NCBI GenBank assembly: GCA_948439405.1
Contig: CAOJNB010000008.1
Coordinates: 829 to 64,828 of the forward strand
Source: an uncultured Coriobacteriaceae bacterium
GTDB lineage: Bacteria; Actinomycetota; Coriobacteriia; Coriobacteriales; Atopobiaceae
Length of the DNA: 64,000 nucleotides
Reading direction: 5' to 3'
The stretch's first letter is position 1. The number at the start of each line of letters is the position of its first letter. Under the pieces are notes generated by a model that searched no databases, was not told the origin of the DNA, and saw nothing but the letters and a program-made list of their open reading frames with translations. A program made the position numbers and the translations under genes. Of the stretch, positions 11,454-20,781 are shown piece after piece.

Positions 11454-12317
11454 CTACGTGATGTTGCCCAGGAACGCCGCGGTGCGCTCGTTCTTGGGGT
11501 GGTCGAACACGTCCTCGGGCCTGCCCTGCTCCACGACGACGCCACCCTCCATGAAGACGACGCGGTCCGCGACGTCGCGCGCGAAGCCCATCTCGTGGGT
11601 GACGACGATCATCGTCATGCCGGAGTTCTTCGCCAGGTCGCTGATGACGTCGAGGACGCCGCGGACGAGCTCGGGGTCGAGCGCGGAGGTGGGCTCGTCG
11701 AACAGGAGCACCTGCGGGTGCATGGCCACGGCGCGCGCGATCGCGACGCGCTGCTGCTGGCCGCCGGAGAGCTGGGCGGGCTTGAAGTCGGCGCGGTCGG
11801 CGAGCCCGACGCGCTCGAGCTGGCGCATGGCCTCGGCCTCGGCCTCGGCGCGGTCGCGCTTGAGCACCTTCGTCTGCCCGATGATCACGTTCTCCTTGGC
11901 CGTGAGGTGCGGGAAGAGGTTGAACTGCTGGAACACCATGCCCACCTCGCGGCGGAGCTTGGTGACGTCGCCCTTCGAGGACCCGGTGATCTCGGCGTCG
12001 TCGATCAGGATGTGGCCGGCCGTGGGGGTCTCGAGCAGGTTGATGCAGCGCAGCATCGTCGACTTGCCCGAGCCGGAGGGGCCCAGCACGGCGACGACCT
12101 CGCCCGGCCAGACGTCGAGGTTGACGTCGGTGAGGACCTGGGTCTCGCCGTCGAAGGTCTTCATGAGGTGCTCGATGCGCACCTTCGGGTGCTCGCCGGC
12201 CTCGAAGTGGTGGCTCGTGAGCTCGCGGTCGTGCTCGTACGCGCGGGCGGCCGCGACCTCGGCGTCGAGCGCCGGGCCGACGTCGGGCACCGCCGCGTGG
12301 ACGTGGCGCCTAGGCAT
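11454..12317 (-). CDS. Polar amino-acid ABC transporter ATP-binding protein (GlnQ/HisP type)
   Basis: Walker [10 protein letters not shown], signature [14 protein letters not shown], Walker [12 protein letters not shown]. About 40 aa of N-terminal extension if the 12317 start (8-nt overlap with the permease) is real. Confidence 0.88.
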   Translation of the reverse strand: MPRRHVHAAVPDVGPALDAEVAAARAYEHDRELTSHHFEAGEHPKVRIEHLMKTFDGETQVLTDVNLDVWPGEVVAVLGPSGSGKSTMLRCINLLETPTAGHILIDDAEITGSSKGDVTKLRREVGMVFQQFNLFPHLTAKENVIIGQTKVLKRDRAEAEAEAMRQLERVGLADRADFKPAQLSGGQQQRVAIARAVAMHPQVLLFDEPTSALDPELVRGVLDVISDLAKNSGMTMIVVTHEMGFARDVADRVVFMEGGVVVEQGRPEDVFDHPKNERTAAFLGNIT

Positions 12318-13635
12318 CCTGCTCTCCCCCCTCCGAGGCGGTCGCGACCTGCGGCCTGGGGCCGCCGCCGCGCTCCGAGCGCTCGATGCGCTTCTCGATG
12401 ATGCCGACGACCTTGATCAGCGGCAGGGTCACGACCAGGTAGAACAGGGCGGCCGTCACGTACGGGGTGATGTTGCCCGAGACGCTCACCGCGTTCTTCG
12501 CGAACATCATCAGCTCCATGACGCCCACGCTGGAGAGCAGCGAGGTGTCCTTGTAGGAGGTGATGAAGTCGCTCGTGATCGTGGGGATGATGCGGCGGAT
12601 CGTCTGCGGGAGGATGATCCAGAACATCGTCTGCATCCTGCCCATGCCGATGCTCGCCGCGGCCTCGTACTGGCCCTGCGGGATCGACTGGATGCCGGCG
12701 CGGAAGATCTCGGCGAGGTAGGCCGAGGAGTTGATGGCCATCACGCAGACGCCCAGCACCGTGTTGTCGATGTTGATGTTGAGCATCGGCAGGCCGAAGA
12801 AGGCGATGTAGATCTGCAGGAACAGCGGCGTGCCGCGCAGCACGTTCACGTACGTGATGGCGACGGCGCGCAGCAGCCGGAAGCGCGAGATCTTCATCAG
12901 GGACATCAGCAGGCCCAGGATGATCGCGAAGGGATAGGCGACCACCACGATGCCGAGGCACAGCAGCCAGCCGGGCAGCAGCGAGCCCAGCGAGGTGAGC
13001 ATGAGCTGCGGTTGGAGGAACATGTCCAGGAAGCGGTTGGAGTTCCACGCCTGGACGAGCTCGTTCTCGTCCAGCCAGTGGACCGCCTGCTGCATCCAGG
13101 TGTTCGAAATGGTCTCGATCGGGGCGGCGTCCTCGAGCGCGTGGTCGTCGCCCGCGCCGTCGACGTAGCTGCCGGCGACGACCTGCGCGCCGCCCTCGGA
13201 CGAGAAGCGCATGCCCTCGACCTCGAGGCGCAGCAGGGTGCCCGCCGGGATCGGCTCGGAGAACTCGACGGTGAGCTCCTCGCCGTCAGCGGAGACGTCG
13301 CTGTCCACGTCGATGCGGTCGAGCCCCTCGAGCGCGGTGACGCGGGTCGTCGAGTCGTCGAAGCTGCCGCCCTCGGCGAGCTCGAGCGTCACGGACGCGA
13401 CCTCCTCGCCGTCCTCGACGGTCCCCTCCCAGGTGAGGCGCGTCTCGATGCCACCGATCACCCGATCGCCGCCGTCCTCGTTCGGGCGCGCGGTCGCCTT
13501 GTTGGTGGTGAGCGCGTCAGCCTGCGTCGGCGCGACGAGCGCCGAGCCCGCGCAGAGGGCGCACAGGAGGGCGAGCGCCATGAGCGCCCGCCCCAGGACC
13601 CGTGCGACCCTCTCTGAAACCTTGGCCTGGCCCAT
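12310..13635 (-). CDS. Amino-acid ABC transporter permease (HisM/GlnP type) fused to an N-terminal ~200-aa extracytoplasmic domain
   Basis: The C-terminal half carries permease TMs and an EAA-like loop ([22 protein letters not shown]). The N-terminus has a signal/anchor ([17 protein letters not shown]) followed by an acidic, probably beta-rich domain. Confidence 0.85.
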   Translation of the reverse strand: MGQAKVSERVARVLGRALMALALLCALCAGSALVAPTQADALTTNKATARPNEDGGDRVIGGIETRLTWEGTVEDGEEVASVTLELAEGGSFDDSTTRVTALEGLDRIDVDSDVSADGEELTVEFSEPIPAGTLLRLEVEGMRFSSEGGAQVVAGSYVDGAGDDHALEDAAPIETISNTWMQQAVHWLDENELVQAWNSNRFLDMFLQPQLMLTSLGSLLPGWLLCLGIVVVAYPFAIILGLLMSLMKISRFRLLRAVAITYVNVLRGTPLFLQIYIAFFGLPMLNINIDNTVLGVCVMAINSSAYLAEIFRAGIQSIPQGQYEAAASIGMGRMQTMFWIILPQTIRRIIPTITSDFITSYKDTSLLSSVGVMELMMFAKNAVSVSGNITPYVTAALFYLVVTLPLIKVVGIIEKRIERSERGGGPRPQVATASEGGEQDA

Positions 13636-13660
13636 GTGACTCCTCAGGCAGTGTACGTCC

Positions 13661-14494
13661 CTACAGCTCCTGGCCGAACCACTTCGTCTGGAGCTCGGCC
13701 ATCGAGCCGTCCTCGTCCATCTCGACGAGGGCTGCGTCGAGGGCCTCGAGCAGGGCGGGGTTGTCCTTGCTCACGCCGACGCCGTACTGCTCGCCGGTGG
13801 GGACCTCCTCGACGACCTCGAGGTCGCTGAAGGAGTTGGTGATCTGGTAGCGGGCGACCGGCAGGTCGATGACGATGCCGTCGTAGGAGCCGGTGGACAG
13901 GCCGGTCATCGCGGAGATGATCTCGTCCAGGGGCACGACGGTGGCGTTGGGCAGGTTCTCCTCGGCCCAGTCGGCGCCGGTGGTGCCGGCCTGGACGGCG
14001 ATCTGCTTGCCCTCCTCGTTGAGCGACTCGGTCGTCTCGCCGCTGCCGGCCTTGATGACGACGGCCTGGTTGGAGTCCAGGTACGGCTCGGTGAAGGCGA
14101 TCTCCTCGAGGCGCTCGTCGGTGATGGTCATGCCGGTGATGGTGCAGTCGGCGGTGCCGCCGGTGGCGATGGTGGGCACGAGGGTGTCGAACTGCATGCT
14201 CGGCAGCCAGTTGACCTCGAGGCCCATGTGGGCGGCGAGCTCGGCGCCCAGGTCGATGTCGAAGCCGACGGGCTCGCCGGTCTCCTCGTCCATCGACTCG
14301 AAGGGCGGGAAGTACATGTTCGCGATGCAGGTGAGCTTGCCCTCCTCGACCAGGCCGAGGTCGTCGGCGGCCTCGGTGGTGGCGGCGGAGCCCTCGTCCG
14401 CGGCGCCGTCGGAGCTGCTGCAGCCCGCCAGGAGGGCGATGCCCGCCGCCGCGGCGGAGCCGCCGATGAAGTTCCTGCGCGTCATGTTGCTCAT
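13661..14494 (-). CDS. Amino-acid ABC transporter substrate-binding lipoprotein (Tat-type signal)
   Basis: MSNMTRRNFIGGSAAAAGIALLAGC has a twin-Arg motif and a lipobox. The body is a family-3 SBP. Start set at the internal ATG 14494 with RBS GAGAGAGGGG. Confidence 0.85.
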   Translation of the reverse strand: MSNMTRRNFIGGSAAAAGIALLAGCSSSDGAADEGSAATTEAADDLGLVEEGKLTCIANMYFPPFESMDEETGEPVGFDIDLGAELAAHMGLEVNWLPSMQFDTLVPTIATGGTADCTITGMTITDERLEEIAFTEPYLDSNQAVVIKAGSGETTESLNEEGKQIAVQAGTTGADWAEENLPNATVVPLDEIISAMTGLSTGSYDGIVIDLPVARYQITNSFSDLEVVEEVPTGEQYGVGVSKDNPALLEALDAALVEMDEDGSMAELQTKWFGQEL

Positions 14495-14642
14495 GTTCGA
14501 ACCCCTCTCTCGTACGGCGGGAAGGGCGACCCTCGCCCGGCTCCCGGCGCGCGGCCGACGCCACGCGCTAATGTATGGATGGTACACCAGGGAGCGCGAC
14601 GCCACGTCAGCGAAGCCCCCTCAGGCGCACGTCAGAGCGACG

Positions 14643-15983
14643 TCAGAACGTCGCGTAGTACCGGTCGCGCTCCCACTGGGTCACGATGGAGCCGTACTCG
14701 TCCCACTCGCGCCGCTTCTCCTCGATCAGGTAGCGGTGGATGTGCTCGCCCAGGGTCTCGCGCATCAGCTCGCTGCCCTCGAAGGCATCGAGCGCCTCGC
14801 CCAGGTCGCGCGGCAGGCGGCGGAACCCGCGCGCCGCCATCTCGCGCTCGCCGAGCCCCACCTCCTCCGAGGTGAACTCCGGGCCGAGCTCGAGGCCGTC
14901 CTCGATGCCCCTGAGGCCGGCGGCGAGCGTCACCGCGAGGGCCAGGTAGGGGTTGCAGGTGGGGTCCGGGCAGCGCAGCTCGACGCGGGTCGAGGCGTGC
15001 TTGCCGGGCTTGTAGGTGGGGACGCGGACGAGCGCCGAGCGGTTGCGCAGCCCCCAGGTCGCGTAGCAGGGCACCGCCGAGGTGGGCTGCAGGCGCTTGT
15101 AGGAGTTCACGGTCGGGTTCGTCACCAGCATGTACTCCGGCGCGTAGGCAATCAGGCCGGCCACGTAGGAGCGCGCGACGTCCGAGAGGTGCAGCCCGTC
15201 GGCCCCGCGCTCGCCCCAGAACACGTTGGTTCCCTCGTGGTCGAAGAGGGACTCGTGCAGGAACATCGCCGAGCCGGCCGCGTCGGAGAACGGCTTGGGC
15301 ATGAAGGAGGCGAACAGGCCGTGCTCATAGGCGACCTGCTTGATCACGAGGCGCGCCGTCACGAGGTTGTCCGCGCAGGTGAGCCCCTCGCAGAAGCGCA
15401 TCTCCACGCAGTTCTGCGACGGCGCCTGCGAGTGGTAGGAGTACTCGACGGGGATCGACATCCGCTCGAGCATGAGGGTGGTGTCGCGCCTGAGCTCGTG
15501 GGCGGAGTCCCACGGGGTGAGGTCGAAGTAGCCGGCCTCGTCCACGATCGTGGGCTCGTCGGCCGAGCCGAAGTAGAAGTACTCGAGGCGCGGGCCGACG
15601 TTGAAGACGTACCCCCGGGCGTCGGCCTTCTGGAACATGCGGCGCAGCACGGCGCGCGAGTCGCCGTCGAAGGGCTGGAAGTCCGGCGTCTTGATGTCGC
15701 AGAACAGGCGCATCACGCCGCTCTCCTTGGGACGCCACGGCAGGATCTGCGAGGTGGTGGGGTCCGGGAAGGCGAGCATGTCGGACTCGTCCATGCGGGC
15801 GAACCCGTCGACGGCGGAGCCGTCGAAGCCGATGCCCTCCTCGAAGCCCGCCTCGAGGTCCTCGGGCGAGACGGAGAAGGACTTGAGCCTGCCGAGCAGG
15901 TCCGTGAACCACAGCCTCACGAAGCGCACGTCGCGCTTCTCGATCGTGCGCATCACGAAGTCGACGGTCTGGTCGTTCGTCAT
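14643..15983 (-). CDS. Type-I glutamine-synthetase-family protein (GlnA2-like length, 446 aa) with substituted catalytic residues
   Basis: Strong GS blocks: RFVRLWFTD, FDGS, MPKPF, NSYKRL, NRSALVRVP, RVELRCPD. Several metal-ligand positions differ (see findings). Confidence 0.85.
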   Translation of the reverse strand: MTNDQTVDFVMRTIEKRDVRFVRLWFTDLLGRLKSFSVSPEDLEAGFEEGIGFDGSAVDGFARMDESDMLAFPDPTTSQILPWRPKESGVMRLFCDIKTPDFQPFDGDSRAVLRRMFQKADARGYVFNVGPRLEYFYFGSADEPTIVDEAGYFDLTPWDSAHELRRDTTLMLERMSIPVEYSYHSQAPSQNCVEMRFCEGLTCADNLVTARLVIKQVAYEHGLFASFMPKPFSDAAGSAMFLHESLFDHEGTNVFWGERGADGLHLSDVARSYVAGLIAYAPEYMLVTNPTVNSYKRLQPTSAVPCYATWGLRNRSALVRVPTYKPGKHASTRVELRCPDPTCNPYLALAVTLAAGLRGIEDGLELGPEFTSEEVGLGEREMAARGFRRLPRDLGEALDAFEGSELMRETLGEHIHRYLIEEKRREWDEYGSIVTQWERDRYYATF

Positions 15984-16141
15984 TCGGTCTGCCTCCAGCG
16001 TTCGCCCCGCGCGTACCGGCGCGTCCGTGGCAGAACCTTCTCATAAGAGTGTTACGGCCTCATTACTGCTCGGAGGCGAGCGGCGAGGGACGCGGGGGGC
16101 GCGGCGGCCGGGCACGGCGGTTCCGCACACACGTTCCGGGA

Positions 16142-16378
16142 CTACTCGTCGCGACCCCGCCCCTCGGCGCGGGCGCTCCGCTCCAGGTCGCCCTCGGCGC
16201 GGCGGAGCATGTCCTCGGCGGCCGCGCAGGAGCCCGCGGGGTCGCCGTGCGACGGGCAGGCGTCGCCGAGCGAGCAGCCGTCGCACGAGCCCGGGCGAGA
16301 CCTCCCGACGATGCGGCGCACGCTCGCGACGAGCGCGACGGCCACGAGGGCGAGTATGACGACGTCAGCGGGGCCCAT
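16142..16378 (-). CDS. Small membrane protein with Cys-rich tail (FeoB-associated Cys-rich-like), hypothetical
   Basis: One N-terminal TM ([15 protein letters not shown]) followed by RR...[12 protein letters not shown]. No supporting neighbours. Confidence 0.4.
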   Translation of the reverse strand: MGPADVVILALVAVALVASVRRIVGRSRPGSCDGCSLGDACPSHGDPAGSCAAAEDMLRRAEGDLERSARAEGRGRDE

Positions 16379-16535
16379 GAGGCCACCTCCCGGTCCCGGA
16401 ACAGAAGTAAGTCATGGCTTACTATACCCGTTCTCACGCGGCGCATCCACCTGCCCCGCGCACCCGCCGCACGGCTACAATGTCGGTGTTGCTGCAGGCG
16501 CACCACGCGTGCCGATCGAACGGGAAAGGACCCCC

Positions 16536-17294
16536 ATGAGCGACAAGACCATGACCCTCGTCATCATCCGCCACGGTGAGAGCGAGTGGAACAAGCTCAA
16601 CCTCTTCACCGGCTGGACCGACGTCGACCTCACCGAGACCGGCCAGCAGGAGGCCCACGCCGGCGGCAAGGCCCTCAAGGAGGCCGGCTACGACTTCGAC
16701 CTCTGCTACACCTCCTACCTCAAGCGCGCCATCCACACGCTGAACTGCGTGCTCGACGAGCTCGACCGCAACTGGCTGCCCGTCACCAAGACCTGGCGCC
16801 TCAACGAGCGCCACTACGGCGCCCTGCAGGGCCTGAACAAGGCCGACGCCGCCGCCGAGCACGGCGAGGACCAGGTCAAGATCTGGCGCCGCTCCTTCGA
16901 CGTGCAGCCGCCCGCCCTCGAGCCCGGCGACGAGCGCGACCCGCACACCCTCGAGATGTTCCGCGACGTGCCCGCCGAGGACCTGCCCTACACCGAGTGC
17001 CTCAAGGACACCATCGCCCGCGCCTGGCCGTACTTCGAGAGCGAGATCAAGCCGCAGATGGAGGCCGGCAAGCGCGTGCTGATCGCCGCCCACGGCAACT
17101 CCCTGCGCGCCCTCGTGATGCAGTTCGAGAAGCTCACCCCGGAGGAGATCCTCGAGGTGAACATCCCCACCGGCGTGCCGTGCTCCTACACCTTCGACGA
17201 GGACTGGAACGTCATCGACAAGCACTACATCGGCGACCCGGAGACCATCGCCGCCAAGATCGACGCCGTCGCCAACCAGGGCAAGGCCAAGTAG
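16536..17294 (+). CDS. gpmA: 2,3-bisphosphoglycerate-dependent phosphoglycerate mutase
   Basis: [42 protein letters not shown]. Internal ATG at 16536 with GGGAAAGGA upstream. The track ORF's N-terminal extension is R/P-rich and implausible. Confidence 0.95.
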   Translation: MSDKTMTLVIIRHGESEWNKLNLFTGWTDVDLTETGQQEAHAGGKALKEAGYDFDLCYTSYLKRAIHTLNCVLDELDRNWLPVTKTWRLNERHYGALQGLNKADAAAEHGEDQVKIWRRSFDVQPPALEPGDERDPHTLEMFRDVPAEDLPYTECLKDTIARAWPYFESEIKPQMEAGKRVLIAAHGNSLRALVMQFEKLTPEEILEVNIPTGVPCSYTFDEDWNVIDKHYIGDPETIAAKIDAVANQGKAK

Positions 17295-17326
17295 CCCGCA
17301 GGCTCGCATCGCCTCCGCACGAAGAG

Positions 17327-17353
17327 GGGCCCCGCGCCAAGCGCGGGGCCCCT
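17327..17353. terminator. Bidirectional hairpin between gpmA (+) and the zinc-ribbon/Ltp gene (-)
   Basis: GGGGCCCCGCG-CCAAG-CGCGGGGCCCC, an 11-bp stem followed by TTCCCTTT. Confidence 0.7.
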
Positions 17354-17393
17354 TCCCTTTGCCGCTCGGCCTCCCGGGACCTCGCGCCCCGTC

Positions 17394-18581
17394 CTACAGC
17401 CCCACGGCGTCCACGCCGTAGACGGCCTGCTCGTAGGTGAAGCCCTCGAACATGAGCTGGTCGATGAGGCCCTGGCGCGAGAAGCCCATGAAGTCCAGGT
17501 AGTCCTGGGCCTTGCCGGCCGCCTGCTCGTTCCAGTCCGCGCCGCAGTGGTCGGCCGCGAAGGTGGCGTCCTCCGTCGAGTAGCCCTCGAACTCGAGCTG
17601 GTCGACGAGGCCGGAGTGCGAGAAGTGGGTGAAGTCGAGGTAGCTCGCCGCGCTGCGCAGGGCGTTGGCCTGGGACACCGTGAGCTCCATCGTGTACGGC
17701 CTGGTCTCGACGACCGCGCCGCACGCGGTGCAGGTGCGTGACTCCTCGCCGTCGATCACGTCGCCCGAGCTGGTGACGGTCACGTCGGTCGTGACCTGCC
17801 AGTCGCCGGGGGTGTGGTCGACCTTGTCGATCGTCTCGGAGAGCTCCTCCCCGCAGCGGGTGCAGGTGCCGCGGCGCTCGCCCTGCTGCGTGCAGGTCGC
17901 CTCGGTGACGACCTCCCACTCCCCGACGTCGTGCCCGAGGGGCTCGCCGTCCGTCTCGCCGCAGCGGGCGCACGTGCGCGGCTCGGTGCAGGTCGCCCGC
18001 TCCCAGTCGTGGCCGAGGGCCTCCGCACGGGCCCTCCCGCAGATGGTGCAGGTCTCGGGCTCGGTGCAGGTCGCCGGCGACCAGTCGTGGTAGAGCAGGT
18101 ACCAGCCCGCGACCGCGATGACGACCGCGGCCACCGCCGCTGCGGCGATGATGATCGCGCGCTTCGGGATCCCGCGCTTGGTACCCTCGCCCTCCGGCGC
18201 CGGCGCCGTCTCGGGAGCCGCCTCGGGCTCGGGGAGCACGTCCGTGGCGTCCGGCATGGCCCCCTCCCCCTCGGGCTCCGGCTCGCCGGGCCCTCCGTCC
18301 GCAGGAAGGACCTCCGTCACCTCGGCGTCCGCCGGCTCCTCCCCGTCCTCGGGCTCCGTCGGCTCGGCGGGCCCCTCCTGCTCGGCAGGCTCTTCCTGCT
18401 CGGGCTGCTCGGGCTGCGCCGTGGACTCGTCCGCCTCGGCCGGCTCGGCGGGTGCCGCCTCGGGCACCGGCGCGCCGCAGTTGGTGCAGAACCTCTGCCC
18501 CGGCGCCAGGGGCGCGCCGCAGCTCGTACAGAACCTCTTCGGGACCTCGCCCTCCCGCATCTCGTGATCCTCGACGCCCAT
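17394..18581 (-). CDS. Membrane protein: N-terminal zinc ribbon, acidic Pro/Glu linker, one TM, extracellular Cys-motif repeats and two C-terminal Ltp-family repeats
   Basis: FCTSCGAPLAPGQRFCTNCGAP; TM IIIAAAAVAAVVIAVAGWYLL; repeated H-x-W...CTEP-x-TC-xx-CG motifs; Ltp-like SQANALRSAASYLDF..FS..GL..QL.FEG repeated twice. Start at 18581 with RBS GAGGGGGAG. Confidence 0.75.
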   Translation of the reverse strand: MGVEDHEMREGEVPKRFCTSCGAPLAPGQRFCTNCGAPVPEAAPAEPAEADESTAQPEQPEQEEPAEQEGPAEPTEPEDGEEPADAEVTEVLPADGGPGEPEPEGEGAMPDATDVLPEPEAAPETAPAPEGEGTKRGIPKRAIIIAAAAVAAVVIAVAGWYLLYHDWSPATCTEPETCTICGRARAEALGHDWERATCTEPRTCARCGETDGEPLGHDVGEWEVVTEATCTQQGERRGTCTRCGEELSETIDKVDHTPGDWQVTTDVTVTSSGDVIDGEESRTCTACGAVVETRPYTMELTVSQANALRSAASYLDFTHFSHSGLVDQLEFEGYSTEDATFAADHCGADWNEQAAGKAQDYLDFMGFSRQGLIDQLMFEGFTYEQAVYGVDAVGL

Positions 18582-18818
18582 CGCGCTCCCCCTCGCATGC
18601 CGTGGCCGCGCGTCGGCGGCCCGTCGGACCCGTTCGTCACCAGCATATCGACCGGGTCGCACTCACGTCTTAGCTGCCAGCTGAACTCGACAGATGACGG
18701 CATGCGACGCCTGCACCCTGCCGCGCCGCACCCCGCCGGAATCACGGCCACACGCGGTCGGACATGGCGGAACATGACGTCGCCTATGCGGAAGGGAACC
18801 CGACGGAAAGGGGTAGGC

Positions 18819-19793
18819 ATGAACTCTCGCGAGCGCATGGCGGCGGCCATGGAGGGACGTGAGGTCGACCGCGCGCCGATGCTGTTCTTCCGGCATTTCT
18901 TCGGCGACTCGGGCGATAACTGCGTGAAGTGGCACGTCGACTGGATCAAGAGCTCCGGCATGGACGGCCTCATCGTCCAGTACGACACGATCGTGGGCCT
19001 GCCCATCGAGAACAAGACGGACTCGATCGAGGACTTCAAGCACCTCACCCTGCCCAAGCGAACCGACCCGTGGGTGTTCGACCAGATCGACCGCGCCAAG
19101 CGCATCCAGGAGCAGATCGGCGACGAGACCGCCGTGTTCGGCCTGCTCTACACCGCGTTCAACATGGTCCGCAAGACCATGCACAACTTCACGGACATGG
19201 AGATGCTCGACATGTGGCGCGAGCACAAGCAGGTCGTGAAGGACGCCACGGACTGGGCGCAGGAGTGCAACATGATGCTCCTCGACCTGTACAAGGAGGC
19301 CGGCGTGTTCGGCACGCTGATCTCCTTCCGCCGCAACCACAAGACGTTCACCTTCTCCGACGAGGAGTTCGCCGAGGAGATGCTGCCCTACGATCGCGAC
19401 GTCCTTGCGCACGCGAACGAGCTGTTCGACAACCACAACGTGATGCACATCTGCGGCGACATCGGCCCCAACGGGCTCGAGCCGTGGCTGGGCGTGGACT
19501 ACCGCACCGTCCAGTGGGACCTGCACGTCGAGGAGATCGACTCGCTGGCCAAGGGCCGCGCGTTCTTCAAGCCCGGCACCACGCTCATGGGCGGGTTCAA
19601 CCACCAGCTCGGCTCCCCCATCTACACCGACGACAAAGAGCAGCTGAAGGCCGACGTGAAGAAGATCGTGGCCGACGCCGGCGGCCAGCGCAACTTCATC
19701 CTGAGCGCCGACTGCTCCGTCAAGCAGCCCTTCGACGACGAGCGCTACCACTGGATGCGCGAGGCCCTCGAGGAGGATGCCGCCGGCGCGTAG
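18819..19793 (+). CDS. Uroporphyrinogen-decarboxylase (URO-D/MtaA-like) family protein
   Basis: The N-terminus SRERMAAAMEGREVDRAPM is typical of the URO-D/methyltransferase family; 324 aa. ATG at 18819 preceded by GGAAAGGGG. The upstream part of track ORF 17814..19793 is a shadow of the opposite-strand gene. Confidence 0.7.
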   Translation: MNSRERMAAAMEGREVDRAPMLFFRHFFGDSGDNCVKWHVDWIKSSGMDGLIVQYDTIVGLPIENKTDSIEDFKHLTLPKRTDPWVFDQIDRAKRIQEQIGDETAVFGLLYTAFNMVRKTMHNFTDMEMLDMWREHKQVVKDATDWAQECNMMLLDLYKEAGVFGTLISFRRNHKTFTFSDEEFAEEMLPYDRDVLAHANELFDNHNVMHICGDIGPNGLEPWLGVDYRTVQWDLHVEEIDSLAKGRAFFKPGTTLMGGFNHQLGSPIYTDDKEQLKADVKKIVADAGGQRNFILSADCSVKQPFDDERYHWMREALEEDAAGA

Positions 19794-19821
19794 CGACGCC
19801 TCGCTGGAACCGCGGAACGCA

Positions 19822-19852
19822 GGGGGCGGGTCGCCGCAAGGCGCCCGCCCCC
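19822..19852. terminator. Bidirectional GC hairpin between convergent genes
   Basis: GGGGGCGGG(T)CGCC-GCAA-GGCGCCCGCCCCC, a 13-bp stem with one bulge. Confidence 0.6.
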
Positions 19853-19875
19853 CCTTCCCGTGCGCGGAGGCCGCC

Positions 19876-20757
19876 CTAGAAGGGGCGGACGGAGAACGTG
19901 CGCTCGAAGGCGCCTCCCGGCTCGAGCGTGACGATGCCGCGCTTGCCCTCGAGCGAGCCGTCCTCGTCGTGGGCGGAGGCCAGGCCGCACCACGGCTCGA
20001 TCGCCACGAAGGGCGCGCCGCCCTCGGCGGACCACACCCCCAGGTAGGGGAAGCCCTCGAAGGTCACCTCCACGCCGCGGCCCGCGGGGCCTGCGAGCGT
20101 CACCCGCGACCCCGGCACGTCCGCGAGCGTGATCGTGAGGTGCCGCTCGAAGAGGCCGTGCGACATCGGCAGGGCGTCCGCGTCCTCGACGACGGGCAGC
20201 ATGCGGGAGAAGTCGTACAGGCCGTCCGCGTCGATCGCGGGCGAGGCGCAGGTCCACGCCCGCTCGAAGCGCAGCGCGTAGTCCTCGAAGGCGTCGCCCG
20301 CTCCCGGGACGGGCACGTTGAAGGCCGGGTGCCCTCCCAGCGAGAACGGCAGGTCGACCGAGCCGACGTTCGTCACGCGGAAGCGCTGGGAGAGGGCGCC
20401 CGCGGCGAGGGAGTACGTCATCTCGAGGCGGAAGTCGAAGGGGTAGGCCTCGCGCGTCTCGGGGCTGCTCGCGAGGCGGTAGGTGACCGAGGACGGCCCC
20501 TCGGCGACGACCTCGTGGTCGTACAGGCGCGCGATCCCGTGGCGCTTGAGGCGCACCGGGCCCTGGGCGCTCGTGGCCTCGTCGCCCGCGAGCACGCCGA
20601 CCGTCGGGAACAGCACCGGGGCCCGGCGCGGCCACCATGCGGGGTCGCCCTGCCACAGGTACTCGCGCCCCTCGAGCGCGAGGCTCATGAGCTGGGCCCC
20701 CTGGGAGTCCACCGTGGCCTCGAGCGCGCCGTCCCGGATCGTCGTGAGCCTGCCCAT
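19876..20757 (-). CDS. Aldose 1-epimerase (galactose mutarotase-like) family protein
   Basis: 293 aa. Family-typical blocks LFPTVG, GxxRLKRHGIAR, LGGHPAFN, EPW.G. Confidence 0.85.
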   Translation of the reverse strand: MGRLTTIRDGALEATVDSQGAQLMSLALEGREYLWQGDPAWWPRRAPVLFPTVGVLAGDEATSAQGPVRLKRHGIARLYDHEVVAEGPSSVTYRLASSPETREAYPFDFRLEMTYSLAAGALSQRFRVTNVGSVDLPFSLGGHPAFNVPVPGAGDAFEDYALRFERAWTCASPAIDADGLYDFSRMLPVVEDADALPMSHGLFERHLTITLADVPGSRVTLAGPAGRGVEVTFEGFPYLGVWSAEGGAPFVAIEPWCGLASAHDEDGSLEGKRGIVTLEPGGAFERTFSVRPF

Positions 20758-20781
20758 CGCGAGCCCCTCTCGCCGCAGCCG

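Noticed and set aside
15984-16141. Search for GlnR-type boxes (gTnAc-n6-GaAAc) upstream of the GS-like gene
   Set aside because: I found only a lower-GC patch (GTAACACTCTTATGAGAAGGTTCT on the coding strand). It does not match the a-site/b-site spacing convincingly, so I do not call it.
16407-16422. Imperfect palindrome GTAAGTCATGGCTTAC upstream of gpmA
   Set aside because: It matches at 14 of 16 positions, is a single occurrence, and has no associated regulator. It is too weak to call as an operator.
16209-16535. N-terminal 109-codon extension of gpmA in the track ORF, and overlapping R-rich ORFs at 16041..16579
   Set aside because: The extension is Pro/Arg/Ser-rich, overlaps the small minus-strand gene, and lacks similarity to the GpmA family, which begins at [19 protein letters not shown].
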